Shown here: one piece after another, positions 8,315 to 16,418 of the stretch
Layout: each line of letters starts with the position of its first letter
Position numbering within the stretch: the first letter of the stretch is position 1
Origin: a virus
Length of the DNA: 39,573 nt
IMG/VR virus record: IMGVR_UViG_3300033075_000869
Direction: 5' to 3' (one strand)
Made by a program: the position numbers and the translations under genes
Notes under the pieces: generated by a model
What the model was told of the DNA's origin: nothing
The model's database searches: none
Seen by the model: the letters and a program-made list of their open reading frames with translations, nothing else

Positions 8315-9090
8315 CAACCAAAAATCTATTGACTCGCATGAAAGGCTATGAAGAAGCATCAAGGATGATTCTTCCTGGTCGTTCACCTGTTATTCTCCGT
8401 CTCGACGGAAAGTCGTTCTCAACGTATACTCGTTCCCTGGGAACTTTTAATCACTCATTCGCATGGTTGATGAAAGAAACAGCGGTTGCTGTGTGTAAGC
8501 ATATCCAGGGCGCAACGTTCGCTTACACCCAATCTGACGAAATATCAATTTTGATTCACTCTTATAAGAAGCTGAATTCTGAACCGTGGTTTGAAAACTG
8601 TGTTCAGAAGATGGTTTCTGTTTCGTCTTCAATTGCTGCAGTTACATTTACGTTGGGATCACCACAACTTTTTAAGGATGTGTTGGCCGAACCTCGGGCC
8701 GAGGATGCCCGCCCGGCATATTTTGATGCCCGTGTATTTGTCGTTCCAGAAAATGACGTTGTGAATTATTTCGTCTGGCGTCAACAAGATGCAACACGAA
8801 ATGCAATGTCTATGTGGGCTCGTTCACTTTTCTCAGCGAAAGAGATTCATGGGAAAAACTGGCAACAGATGCGTGAGATGTGTGAAACCCGTGGTGTTAA
8901 GTGGGACGCTCTTTCTCCTCAATTTACACGTGGAACCGGAATATCACGCGTCGATGGTCATTGGACAATCGACGATGAAACGCCACTGTTTACTACGAAC
9001 AGGGACTACATCGCTCGGCATCTCGAACTAGAAGAAGGCTTACGTGAAGCTGTATTACGGCCCACGAGATGGCCCACGTATTACCCGTGA
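8311..9090 (+). CDS. Thg1-like protein (tRNA-His guanylyltransferase family, 3'-5' nucleotidyltransferase)
   Basis: RLDGKSFSTYTR and AYTQSDEISIL motifs typical of the Thg1/TLP palm domain; about 260 aa. Confidence 0.7.
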   Translation: MTTKNLLTRMKGYEEASRMILPGRSPVILRLDGKSFSTYTRSLGTFNHSFAWLMKETAVAVCKHIQGATFAYTQSDEISILIHSYKKLNSEPWFENCVQKMVSVSSSIAAVTFTLGSPQLFKDVLAEPRAEDARPAYFDARVFVVPENDVVNYFVWRQQDATRNAMSMWARSLFSAKEIHGKNWQQMREMCETRGVKWDALSPQFTRGTGISRVDGHWTIDDETPLFTTNRDYIARHLELEEGLREAVLRPTRWPTYYP

Positions 9091-9109
9091 TTAATGATGG
9101 TGGTTATAT

Positions 9110-9133
9110 ACCAACTATCATGTTGGTGTTTTT
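9110..9133 (+). terminator. Terminator-like hairpin ACCAAC-tatcat-GTTGGT followed by GTTTTT
   Basis: 6-bp stem, 6-nt loop, T-run. Sits just after the Thg1-like stop. Confidence 0.35.
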
Positions 9134-9135
9134 GT

Positions 9136-9154
9136 GTTTACACTGTGTGTAAAC
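9136..9154. promoter_or_regulatory. Inverted repeat GTTTACAC-tgt-GTGTAAAC upstream of gene 9183
   Basis: Perfect 8-bp arms with a 3-nt spacer in the intergenic region. Candidate operator. Confidence 0.3.
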
Positions 9155-9182
9155 GTAACCCAATGAGGAATAATATAGAACT

Positions 9183-9641
9183 ATGAATGAGAAAAATTTG
9201 ATTAATTTGGTTATTGGTGACTGGAGTGGCGATGGGCATTGCCAAACTGAAACGATTCAGGTCGAATCATCATTGAATAAAAATGAGTTGCAAGTTGCTT
9301 ATGAAGCTGCCGCAAAGAAGACAAAAGTTCGCCTTGTTGAGGCTGTTGTGTCAGACTATGAAGACAATATGATTTCAGAGACAGATTTCAAAAAGTTGCA
9401 AAAGGCCGGCATTGTTATGGATGAAATCTTCTTCAAAGACGAAGAGGGGAATTGGGATTATTCACTTGATGCAACAAGTTTTGCTATGTTGTATCTAGAA
9501 ATGATCAAGATTGTCAATCCGGCATTTAAATATGCATTCCCAGACGTTCCTACGATTCGGATTGGTGGATATGGATTGTTCCCGTTATGTTTAAATATAA
9601 ATTTGTTCGATCAATTTTGTCCGGACGAGCGATGGGTCTGA
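9183..9641 (+). CDS. hypothetical protein
   Basis: ORF of 152 aa. Confidence 0.5.
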   Translation: MNEKNLINLVIGDWSGDGHCQTETIQVESSLNKNELQVAYEAAAKKTKVRLVEAVVSDYEDNMISETDFKKLQKAGIVMDEIFFKDEEGNWDYSLDATSFAMLYLEMIKIVNPAFKYAFPDVPTIRIGGYGLFPLCLNINLFDQFCPDERWV

Positions 9642-9808
9642 TTTTTCTATGGTTCGTGACAATCGTGGTAATTGATATTATTGCGTTTCAAAATGAACCG
9701 TGGTCATTGATTGCAGCTTTTATTTGCGACGTTGTCGTTTTGTTCATGTGGTTTTATCATCCCGAAGAGAAAAAATTACATTATGAATCGTCATGTTCTA
9801 ATCATTGA
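9587..9808 (+). CDS. small 2-TM membrane protein
   Basis: Two hydrophobic helices (LIFLWFVTIVVIDIIAF and LIAAFICDVVVLFMWF). Confidence 0.35.
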   Translation: MFKYKFVRSILSGRAMGLIFLWFVTIVVIDIIAFQNEPWSLIAAFICDVVVLFMWFYHPEEKKLHYESSCSNH

Positions 9809-10661
9809 TGGTATGAATTTCTTGCATCGGGCTCGTAGTGGATTTGCTATGGGCCCTGCACCTGTTGTATACAATTTCATGCGAAACTTCCGTGCAATTG
9901 TTGAACAGTTCGCGCCTGATTACATTTATTTCGTTCTTGAGGGTCATCCTCAGCAACGAATTGATGCCCTTCCACAATACAAAGCGAATCGGCAGGTTGA
10001 AGCAGACAGTGCAGCACATGAAGAACAGAAGAAGTTTTTCAAGCAAGTTGATCATATCATCGAACTTCTTGGTGTATCGTTTCCTGTTAGAGTTGTTCGT
10101 CATCCTGAACTAGAGTGTGATGATGTAATTTATGACCTGGTAAGTGATCCGACCTGGATTATTGACGACAGTTATCCAGATCCATATGAACTAAAGTATA
10201 CTGTCGTATCTAACGATTCAGATTTTACGCAATTGCTTTGCGAGTTTGACAATGTTTCTGTGTATAATCCTATGTTGAAGAAATATGTTGAGAAGCCGGA
10301 TTACGATTACGTAACGTGGAAAGCTCTACGTGGTGACGGGTCTGACAACATCCCTGGAATCCCTGGTATTGGTGACGTGACTGCAACGAAAGCGATGGAT
10401 GATCCTGAATTGTTGCGAGAAATTCTGTCTCGTAATGGTGCTGCAGAGATTTTTCAACGTAATGTAAATCTGATCAAATTTATCACGATCAAAGACACTG
10501 AAAAAGGCAAGGTTGAACACCTGGGTGTAATGTGGAATACCCACAAAAGTTGGGAACCACTACGACAAGCGTTTGAAAAATATGGATTTCAGTCGCTACT
10601 GAAGCCTGAAGCTTGGCAGAAATATATTGGAACGTTTCATCATCAATTGCACGTTGCGTAA
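9783..10661 (+). CDS. 5'-3' exonuclease / flap endonuclease (T5 exo / T4 RNase H type)
   Basis: N-terminal LIIDGMNFLHRA (compare LLVDGNNLAYR) and acidic clusters. ATG 9783 verified; the track ORF starts at 9711. Confidence 0.7.
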   Translation: MNRHVLIIDGMNFLHRARSGFAMGPAPVVYNFMRNFRAIVEQFAPDYIYFVLEGHPQQRIDALPQYKANRQVEADSAAHEEQKKFFKQVDHIIELLGVSFPVRVVRHPELECDDVIYDLVSDPTWIIDDSYPDPYELKYTVVSNDSDFTQLLCEFDNVSVYNPMLKKYVEKPDYDYVTWKALRGDGSDNIPGIPGIGDVTATKAMDDPELLREILSRNGAAEIFQRNVNLIKFITIKDTEKGKVEHLGVMWNTHKSWEPLRQAFEKYGFQSLLKPEAWQKYIGTFHHQLHVA

Positions 10662-10667
10662 TCGATT

Positions 10668-10922
10668 ATGAAAACCGGTCTATTTACTCCGCGACCGGGA
10701 GATTTGTTCACTTGGCATCATGATTCAGACGATGGTTTGTGTCGTCGTGGTGAAAAGATTTGGTCTTCATCTAAGAATGATTGGGTGTCATGTGTTGGCA
10801 TCAATATTCTAATCTCACTAACTGAAACTGATGTGTGGTGGATTGATAAAATTAATCTTATTCACTCGCGATATGGTGAAATTGATATCAATCATCTTCA
10901 TCCACGTACGAATAAAACTTGA
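10668..10922 (+). CDS. family A small paralog
   Basis: MKTGLFTPRPGDLFTWHHDSDD...LIHSRYGEID...HLHPRTNKT. Confidence 0.6.
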   Translation: MKTGLFTPRPGDLFTWHHDSDDGLCRRGEKIWSSSKNDWVSCVGINILISLTETDVWWIDKINLIHSRYGEIDINHLHPRTNKT

Positions 10923-10973
10923 TATCAATTTGAGTTAGACTTACGATATAGTTACTCTTAGCAAGAGGGTAAC

Positions 10974-11477
10974 ATGTCGTCAAAACTTTTCAAATTGTTG
11001 GGTTACATTTGGTCAGCACCAGTCACGGCGTTTGGCCTATTGTACGTTCTGTTCATGTCACTAATGGGTTGGTATCGTTGGTGGGGAGTTGAAAGTGACG
11101 CGCTAGTCTGGATTGTCAATGTTGAAAAGGCGCCTGATTGGGTCTTGAAACGTTGGGAAAAATGGGGCGGACACACTGTTGGTAACGTTGTCGTTCTGAT
11201 TAAAGATCCGGATGAGAAACACGTTATCTTGACGCATGAACTTGTACACGTTCGTCAATGTATGATTCTAGGTGTGTTTCAGCCAATCATGTATGCGTTG
11301 ATTTACTTGTCAATCAAGACGTCATGCAAGCATAGTGATGCATATTTTGATAATTCATTCGAAATTGATGCACGTCGCGGGTGTGGCCAAACAATTGATA
11401 TTGTTGGCGCACAAAAGAAAAAAGAAGAAGCTGCTAAAAAAGCAGTCGAAGAGGCAGCAAATGCATCCGATCGTTAA
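10974..11477 (+). CDS. membrane protein with HExxH zinc-peptidase-like motif
   Basis: N-terminal TM segment, then THELVHVRQ (HExxH). SD-like AAGAGGG lies 4 nt upstream. Confidence 0.45.
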   Translation: MSSKLFKLLGYIWSAPVTAFGLLYVLFMSLMGWYRWWGVESDALVWIVNVEKAPDWVLKRWEKWGGHTVGNVVVLIKDPDEKHVILTHELVHVRQCMILGVFQPIMYALIYLSIKTSCKHSDAYFDNSFEIDARRGCGQTIDIVGAQKKKEEAAKKAVEEAANASDR

Positions 11478-12285
11478 GAGTGTATTTAGCAACTTTACTG
11501 CAAATTTTGAAGGCAGCGTAAGTCACATGTACTTGGACGTTTTGGGCCTTGTAACTGTTGCTCGAGGAAATCTAATTGATCCGATCACAATGGCACTTGG
11601 TTTGCCTTTTGAACGTAATGGCATTAGAGTTTCAAGAGATGAAATTGCTGCTGAGTGGCGAACAGTTAAGGCACGTCAAGATCTTGCAAAGGTTGGCGCC
11701 CGTTCGTTTAAATCAATTACATCGCTACGCCTGTCGACAAAGGGAATTGATGATCTTGTTATTTCTAAGTTGCTAGAAACAGAAGCATATCTCAAGAAGC
11801 GATTTCCAGAATTTGATACGTGGCCGGCAGATGCTCAACTCGGTGTTCTTAGCATGGCATGGGCGATGGGCGCAGGATTCAAATTCAAGACTTTTGAAGC
11901 TGCAGTTCTAAAACGTGATTTCGTTGGTGCAGCGGCTGCATGCAAAATGAATGAAACCGGTAATCCCGGGTTGATTCCTCGAAATGCAGCCAACAAATTG
12001 CTCTTTTTGAATGCTGCTCGTGTTCTAGAGTCTCCGGAAGCATACAAGATCGAAACGTTGTATTGGCCGGATCGCCTTCCAGATGTTCCGGTGCAAAAGG
12101 AACCTGATCATATCGATGTTACGTTTGTTGATGAAGTTCCACAAGTCGATTCGGGTGATGCTGTTACAAATCCTCGTGTAGATATTGTCGTACCAGAAGA
12201 TACGGGTGTTGTAAAATCACCTGGGCTGTTTGATCTAGTTATGGGATTCTTTAAATTTCTACTTTCACTTCTAGGTAAAAAATGA
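11461..12285 (+). CDS. T4-type (GH24) lysozyme with C-terminal extension ending in an amphipathic/hydrophobic helix
   Basis: FEGSVSHMYLDVLGLVTVARG aligns residue-for-residue with T4 lysozyme E11/D20/T26 ([20 protein letters not shown]). C-terminus GLFDLVMGFFKFLLSLLGKK. ATG 11461 verified. Confidence 0.65.
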   Translation: MHPIVKSVFSNFTANFEGSVSHMYLDVLGLVTVARGNLIDPITMALGLPFERNGIRVSRDEIAAEWRTVKARQDLAKVGARSFKSITSLRLSTKGIDDLVISKLLETEAYLKKRFPEFDTWPADAQLGVLSMAWAMGAGFKFKTFEAAVLKRDFVGAAAACKMNETGNPGLIPRNAANKLLFLNAARVLESPEAYKIETLYWPDRLPDVPVQKEPDHIDVTFVDEVPQVDSGDAVTNPRVDIVVPEDTGVVKSPGLFDLVMGFFKFLLSLLGKK

Positions 12286-13106
12286 TAGACATAAAACTTG
12301 GTGGTTGGCGACCAGATTCTACGCTTGCAGAGCATAATCCCAATGACAATTACATGTTTGATGATCATGAGACAAAAATTCTCTCTGCAGGTTCAAACGT
12401 ATATGATCCTGGCATTGAACACAACGGGATTCTTGATCTTCGAAAGTGGTGTTCACCCGTTGAACACCAGAGTGCTGCTGGGTCTTGTGTTGGCAATGGC
12501 GTCGTTGGTGCTCTAGAATTTCTACAGATTCGAAACGGTCAACCATATCAAGACTTGTCACGCTTGTTCGTATACTACAATTCACGATTGATGCACAAAA
12601 GTCAAGAGAAAGATGAAGGAACTTATATTCATCTTGCTTTTGGAACATTGTCTTCATTGGGTACGTGTTCAGAAGAAAAATGGCCTTATGATCTCACGAA
12701 ATTGTTTATTAGACCGTCATGGGGATCATATCGAGAAGCATATCCTAACAAAATCGACAGTTATTACAGCATCGGTGGCACCGGTCAAACACGAATTGAT
12801 TTTATCAAGCGTGCCCTAAGAGCTCAACACGTTGTTGTGTTCGGAATGATTGTTGATCAAGCATATATGAATTATGCCGGCGGACGAGTTGATATGCCAC
12901 AGAAAACCCGAGTGAATTCTGGAGGGCATTGTCAAGTTATTGTTGGTTATGATGACAATACGCAGTGTTGGATTGTACGAAATTCGTGGGGCACAGGTTG
13001 GGGCGACAAGGGATATGCATATGTTCCATATGCATATCTAGATGCATCTGATGCCAATGATTTTTGGGTTCCCTTTTTGCCCGGTTCGTCAATGGAGAAC
13101 GGTTGA
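12282..13106 (+). CDS. papain-like (C1 family) cysteine peptidase
   Basis: QSAAGSCVGNG (Q...GSCW catalytic Cys), GGHCQVIVGYD (catalytic His) and NSWGTGWGDKGY (papain NSWGTGWGENGY). Confidence 0.75.
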   Translation: MIDIKLGGWRPDSTLAEHNPNDNYMFDDHETKILSAGSNVYDPGIEHNGILDLRKWCSPVEHQSAAGSCVGNGVVGALEFLQIRNGQPYQDLSRLFVYYNSRLMHKSQEKDEGTYIHLAFGTLSSLGTCSEEKWPYDLTKLFIRPSWGSYREAYPNKIDSYYSIGGTGQTRIDFIKRALRAQHVVVFGMIVDQAYMNYAGGRVDMPQKTRVNSGGHCQVIVGYDDNTQCWIVRNSWGTGWGDKGYAYVPYAYLDASDANDFWVPFLPGSSMENG

Positions 13107-13109
13107 GAT

Positions 13110-13436
13110 ATGAAAATGAATAGTCTGCTCATTGAATACGTTAAAACGATCATAGGTGAATTGAAACTTGATCGTGCCTACATAAACAGTCTCATTAGCA
13201 AAAATCCACAACTAACAATAAGTGCTGAACGTGTTGCAAAACAGTGGTTGAAGGATGTAGAATCATATTCAGGCAAGAGACTATCTCCAGGTGAGAAGAA
13301 ATCTATCATGAATTTTTGTATGACACAATATCCAAAGATTCTTAAACAAACCGATAATGACACGATTGAAGCCAATGAAGAGCTTCATTATTTGCTTGAC
13401 TTGAAGTTCTCGGCCCTCAAACTAAGGTTAGAATAA
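13110..13436 (+). CDS. hypothetical protein with N-terminal MKMNSLLIEYVKTIIGE motif
   Basis: ORF of 108 aa. Its N-terminus resembles the shared LxEY(V)..I.E motif. Confidence 0.5.
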   Translation: MKMNSLLIEYVKTIIGELKLDRAYINSLISKNPQLTISAERVAKQWLKDVESYSGKRLSPGEKKSIMNFCMTQYPKILKQTDNDTIEANEELHYLLDLKFSALKLRLE

Positions 13437-13804
13437 TGTTTCGAAAATATACTGCAGTAGCAATTGTCCTAATATCGATAATATTCGTGGGATGCCCACA
13501 GAATCCGGGTGTGACACCACAGCCGCCAGTCGTTACCGACCAAATGTTGTGCCCGGCAGCGTGTGAACATATTGGACCACGTGGTCTAAATTGTGAAGAT
13601 GGCAAGCCAATTGATATGAAAATTGTATGCAAATCAACAGATGATTGTAAAAAGGGAACGTGTGTTGGTAATACATGTCTCGTTTCATGTGAACAGTTTT
13701 GTGTTGATACTGAAAATGTTGGTGTTTGGCTTGATCCTGGCTGTGTTTCCAATATTCATTCATGTTCTGAAATTGAATCTTGTCCGCTAGCTCGACAAAA
13801 GTAA
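13436..13804 (+). CDS. secreted Cys-rich small protein, probable lipoprotein
   Basis: Signal peptide with lipobox-like IFVGC, followed by about 14 Cys in CxxxC / CKxxxDC patterns. Confidence 0.55.
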   Translation: MFRKYTAVAIVLISIIFVGCPQNPGVTPQPPVVTDQMLCPAACEHIGPRGLNCEDGKPIDMKIVCKSTDDCKKGTCVGNTCLVSCEQFCVDTENVGVWLDPGCVSNIHSCSEIESCPLARQK

Positions 13805-13811
13805 AATACAA

Positions 13812-14033
13812 ATGAAACCAAAGCCTTTTCCAAAAGTTTCACTAGATTCAACACGTGTTTATGATCACACAGTGTGTATCGATTATGGGTGGTTTATGGA
13901 ACAACACAATGATGCAGCATGTAAACATGGTCGGGGTGAATGTGAAACATGCGGAACGTCTGGGAGGCGAGATGTGCTTCACCATACAATTGGTGGTCGT
14001 GGTAAAATTGCACGCTTGATGAAGCGATTATGA
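13812..14033 (+). CDS. small Cys/His-rich protein (possible zinc ribbon / truncated HNH-like)
   Basis: CKHGRGECETCG...DVLHHTIGG resembles the CxxC + DHhhP..GG core of HNH, but the protein ends before the second half. Confidence 0.35.
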   Translation: MKPKPFPKVSLDSTRVYDHTVCIDYGWFMEQHNDAACKHGRGECETCGTSGRRDVLHHTIGGRGKIARLMKRL

Positions 14034-14269
14034 AAACACGTCTCAAATTTCATGTATTTCCGGGTGATATTCCTAAACGTAACAAAATTGCGATGATGGA
14101 AAATCAGGATGCTGAACTTGCTATTGAAACATACGGTGGATTGAAAACACAGAAGAAGCGTCGTAAATCATATAAACGAATGATTCTGAGTAAAGAACGC
14201 GCAGTGTTGAAACGTCGAGAACAAAATGAAATCAAAAATTCGACATCTTCTGAAGAATTACGTTACTGA
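14030..14269 (+). CDS. small basic protein
   Basis: K/R-rich 79-aa ORF (KKRRKSYKRMILSKERAVLKRREQ). Confidence 0.4.
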   Translation: MKTRLKFHVFPGDIPKRNKIAMMENQDAELAIETYGGLKTQKKRRKSYKRMILSKERAVLKRREQNEIKNSTSSEELRY

Positions 14270-14759
14270 AATTGTCAAAGGAACCGAAGGTCATACAACG
14301 GGTCTGCTTCAAGGTTCAGTATCGACGTCAGTATATGCAGGTAATGTGCTGCGTGATGAAGAAGAAAATGAAAAGAAACTAAAGCGAGCTGTATGTCTGC
14401 TGGTTAAACATCCATCATTGCCAAATATATACCTTGCTGTTTCCCGCAAAGATGATCCCAACGATATGGGCCTTCCTGGTGGGAAAGTAGACGATACTGA
14501 TGTGTCTCTTGAAGACGCTGCTGCAAGAGAACTTCAAGAAGAAACTGGCTTGATAGCAACACATATTTCAAGTCCTATTTTTGTTCGATCGGCTGATGGT
14601 GAATATACTTGCACCACATTTGCAGCAACAGTTGCTGGGAATATTGAAACAGAAGAATCTGGCGTTGTTCGTTGGGTATCACCTGAAGAACTTGTTGCGG
14701 GTTGTTTTGGTGAATATAATAAGTTGATGTTTAAGAAATTGGGAATCAAATATGAATAA
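14226..14759 (+). CDS. Nudix hydrolase with N-terminal MKSKIRHLLKNYVTEIVKGTE motif
   Basis: Nudix box GGKVDDTDVSLEDAAARELQEETGL, nearly identical to MutT GGKIEMGETPEQAVVRELQEEVGI. Confidence 0.75.
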   Translation: MKSKIRHLLKNYVTEIVKGTEGHTTGLLQGSVSTSVYAGNVLRDEEENEKKLKRAVCLLVKHPSLPNIYLAVSRKDDPNDMGLPGGKVDDTDVSLEDAAARELQEETGLIATHISSPIFVRSADGEYTCTTFAATVAGNIETEESGVVRWVSPEELVAGCFGEYNKLMFKKLGIKYE

Positions 14760-15153
14760 CGCCAAAAACATTAATGATCGCAAGAAATCAAAGCCAGACA
14801 GAGAGCCTAGATCTCCTAAACCAAAAATCAATATGGAGACTGCGCCTGACGCAATTGTTGATGGTAAACTTGTTGTTCCTGTTGGTACACGAGTTGTTAT
14901 TCCACGTATTCGATCAAATAAGAAGATTCTATCATTTGGTCTCATTGATAGGGTTGAACGTGGCGCTGTGTATGTCTGGGATGAAACTCTAACACAATGG
15001 TTTGTGTTCAAGTTGTCTGATCCTGTTGTTGTGAAAGTATATTCGTTGCCGCTCAAGTCAACTATTGAAGCGACTACAAAACCGGTCGTTGAAGCAGTGT
15101 CTGAAAAACAACTGTCATATGTAATTTCACAAGATGCTTCTTCAGAAACTTGA
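14752..15153 (+). CDS. hypothetical basic protein
   Basis: ORF of 133 aa. It overlaps the convergent protease gene by 80 nt. Confidence 0.45.
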   Translation: MNNAKNINDRKKSKPDREPRSPKPKINMETAPDAIVDGKLVVPVGTRVVIPRIRSNKKILSFGLIDRVERGAVYVWDETLTQWFVFKLSDPVVVKVYSLPLKSTIEATTKPVVEAVSEKQLSYVISQDASSET

Positions 15154-15889
15154 TAAGCTCATCATGATGTATAAAGAATGAAATGTTTGGACCTTGTGGT
15201 GCAACCCAAGAGGCAATTCCAACGAGATTTCCGTCATCATCAAATGCACCGCCACCACTATTACCACGCCATGTTGCAGATGAAATTTGCATTGCATGTG
15301 TAGTGATCTGATCTGGCCCTTTAATACTGCCCCACGAAGTTGAAACAGTACCTTCGCAATATGACCACCATAGGCCAATTGTATGACCTACGATGTGAAC
15401 TCGCGTACCATCTGGTACAGAATCGATTCCTTTTACATTCGCAACTAGGTGACCTCGAGGCGTATCTTTTGCTAGAATCAATGCAAGATCTTGTGTGTGA
15501 CTCACCGCAATAACTGTTCCTCTTCGAACAGATACTGGAAAATTATTTGGTGTTGATAGATTAACATCGCCTTTGACAACATATTGTAGTTCAACACCGA
15601 CGGAATCAAATTCATCAGATTCAATTTCGAATATGCTACCAACAAGTGCTCGACCATACATTTCAACACAGTGATTCGCAGTTAGGATCTTATCATCAGA
15701 AATCCAGACGCCTGTACAATATGGAGAATGATCACCATCACCATCAGTTTTTGTTAGAGCTACAGTTACAGACTTTAGATTTTCAACCAGTGCGACTCGG
15801 CTGGGTTGAACGGGTGGTTGTGTCAATGAACCTTGCATCGCGCAACCAAACAAAACGATTGCCAACAACCACAAGAAAAATTTTTTCAT
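15074..15889 (-). CDS. trypsin-like (S1 family) serine protease, lipoprotein
   Basis: Signal peptide MKKFFLWLLAIVLFGC (lipobox LFGC). Catalytic His in TANHC, Asp in DLALI, Ser in GNSGGGAF. AAGAGG sits 9 nt upstream of the ATG. Confidence 0.8.
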   Translation of the reverse strand: MKKFFLWLLAIVLFGCAMQGSLTQPPVQPSRVALVENLKSVTVALTKTDGDGDHSPYCTGVWISDDKILTANHCVEMYGRALVGSIFEIESDEFDSVGVELQYVVKGDVNLSTPNNFPVSVRRGTVIAVSHTQDLALILAKDTPRGHLVANVKGIDSVPDGTRVHIVGHTIGLWWSYCEGTVSTSWGSIKGPDQITTHAMQISSATWRGNSGGGAFDDDGNLVGIASWVAPQGPNISFFIHHDELIKFLKKHLVKLHMTVVFQTLLQRPVL

Positions 15890-15991
15890 TGACGTAACCT
15901 CTTATTAATAAGCTATAAGGTGCGATAATGAAAATTGTATATGTCATGCATTATGTTCATAATCACATTTGAATACATGTGTTAACATCTG

Positions 15992-16003
15992 TGCAACGTT
16001 GCA
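15992..16003. promoter_or_regulatory. Perfect 12-bp palindrome TGCAACGTTGCA in the 145-bp divergent intergenic region
   Basis: Located between the divergent protease gene (-) and gene 16035 (+). The region is AT-rich with TTGCAA/TATAGT-like hexamers. Confidence 0.35.
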
Positions 16004-16034
16004 ATAAATGTGTATATAGTTAAGTTACAGTAAC

Positions 16035-16418
16035 ATGAAATATACAGCAAATGGCGTCAAAGAGAGTGTTGACGCAAATCGTGAGCACCTAATGGGTGCA
16101 TGGGCTCTCGGAAGACCTGAAAATTGGAGTTGTAATCAACAGACGAAAGATCTGATTTGCATAGGAAACTGGCTTGACGAAGAAATGCGACGACTTTGGC
16201 TCGATGATCTTGGTCGAGTTATGCAAACGCAGCAGTTTAACAGGCGATCACGTTCAGAACATGATTTGTGGGAATTGGCTGCATTTATTATGAATGAAGT
16301 TATCGATAACAAAATTGATCGACAACGTAAACCATTGCGTCGATGGGGATTAAATGACACCAGAATTTGTGTGGCCGCAGGTGAAATGTTCGCGTTGCGG
16401 ACACAATCATTGTCTTGA
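16035..16418 (+). CDS. hypothetical protein
   Basis: ORF of 127 aa. Confidence 0.5.
   Translation: MKYTANGVKESVDANREHLMGAWALGRPENWSCNQQTKDLICIGNWLDEEMRRLWLDDLGRVMQTQQFNRRSRSEHDLWELAAFIMNEVIDNKIDRQRKPLRRWGLNDTRICVAAGEMFALRTQSLS

Noticed and set aside
14752-15153. 80-nt convergent overlap between gene 14752-15153 (+) and the protease gene (-) as a sign that one is spurious
   Set aside because: Both ORFs look protein-like and the protease is certain. The overlap is kept, with reduced confidence in the plus-strand gene's 3' end.
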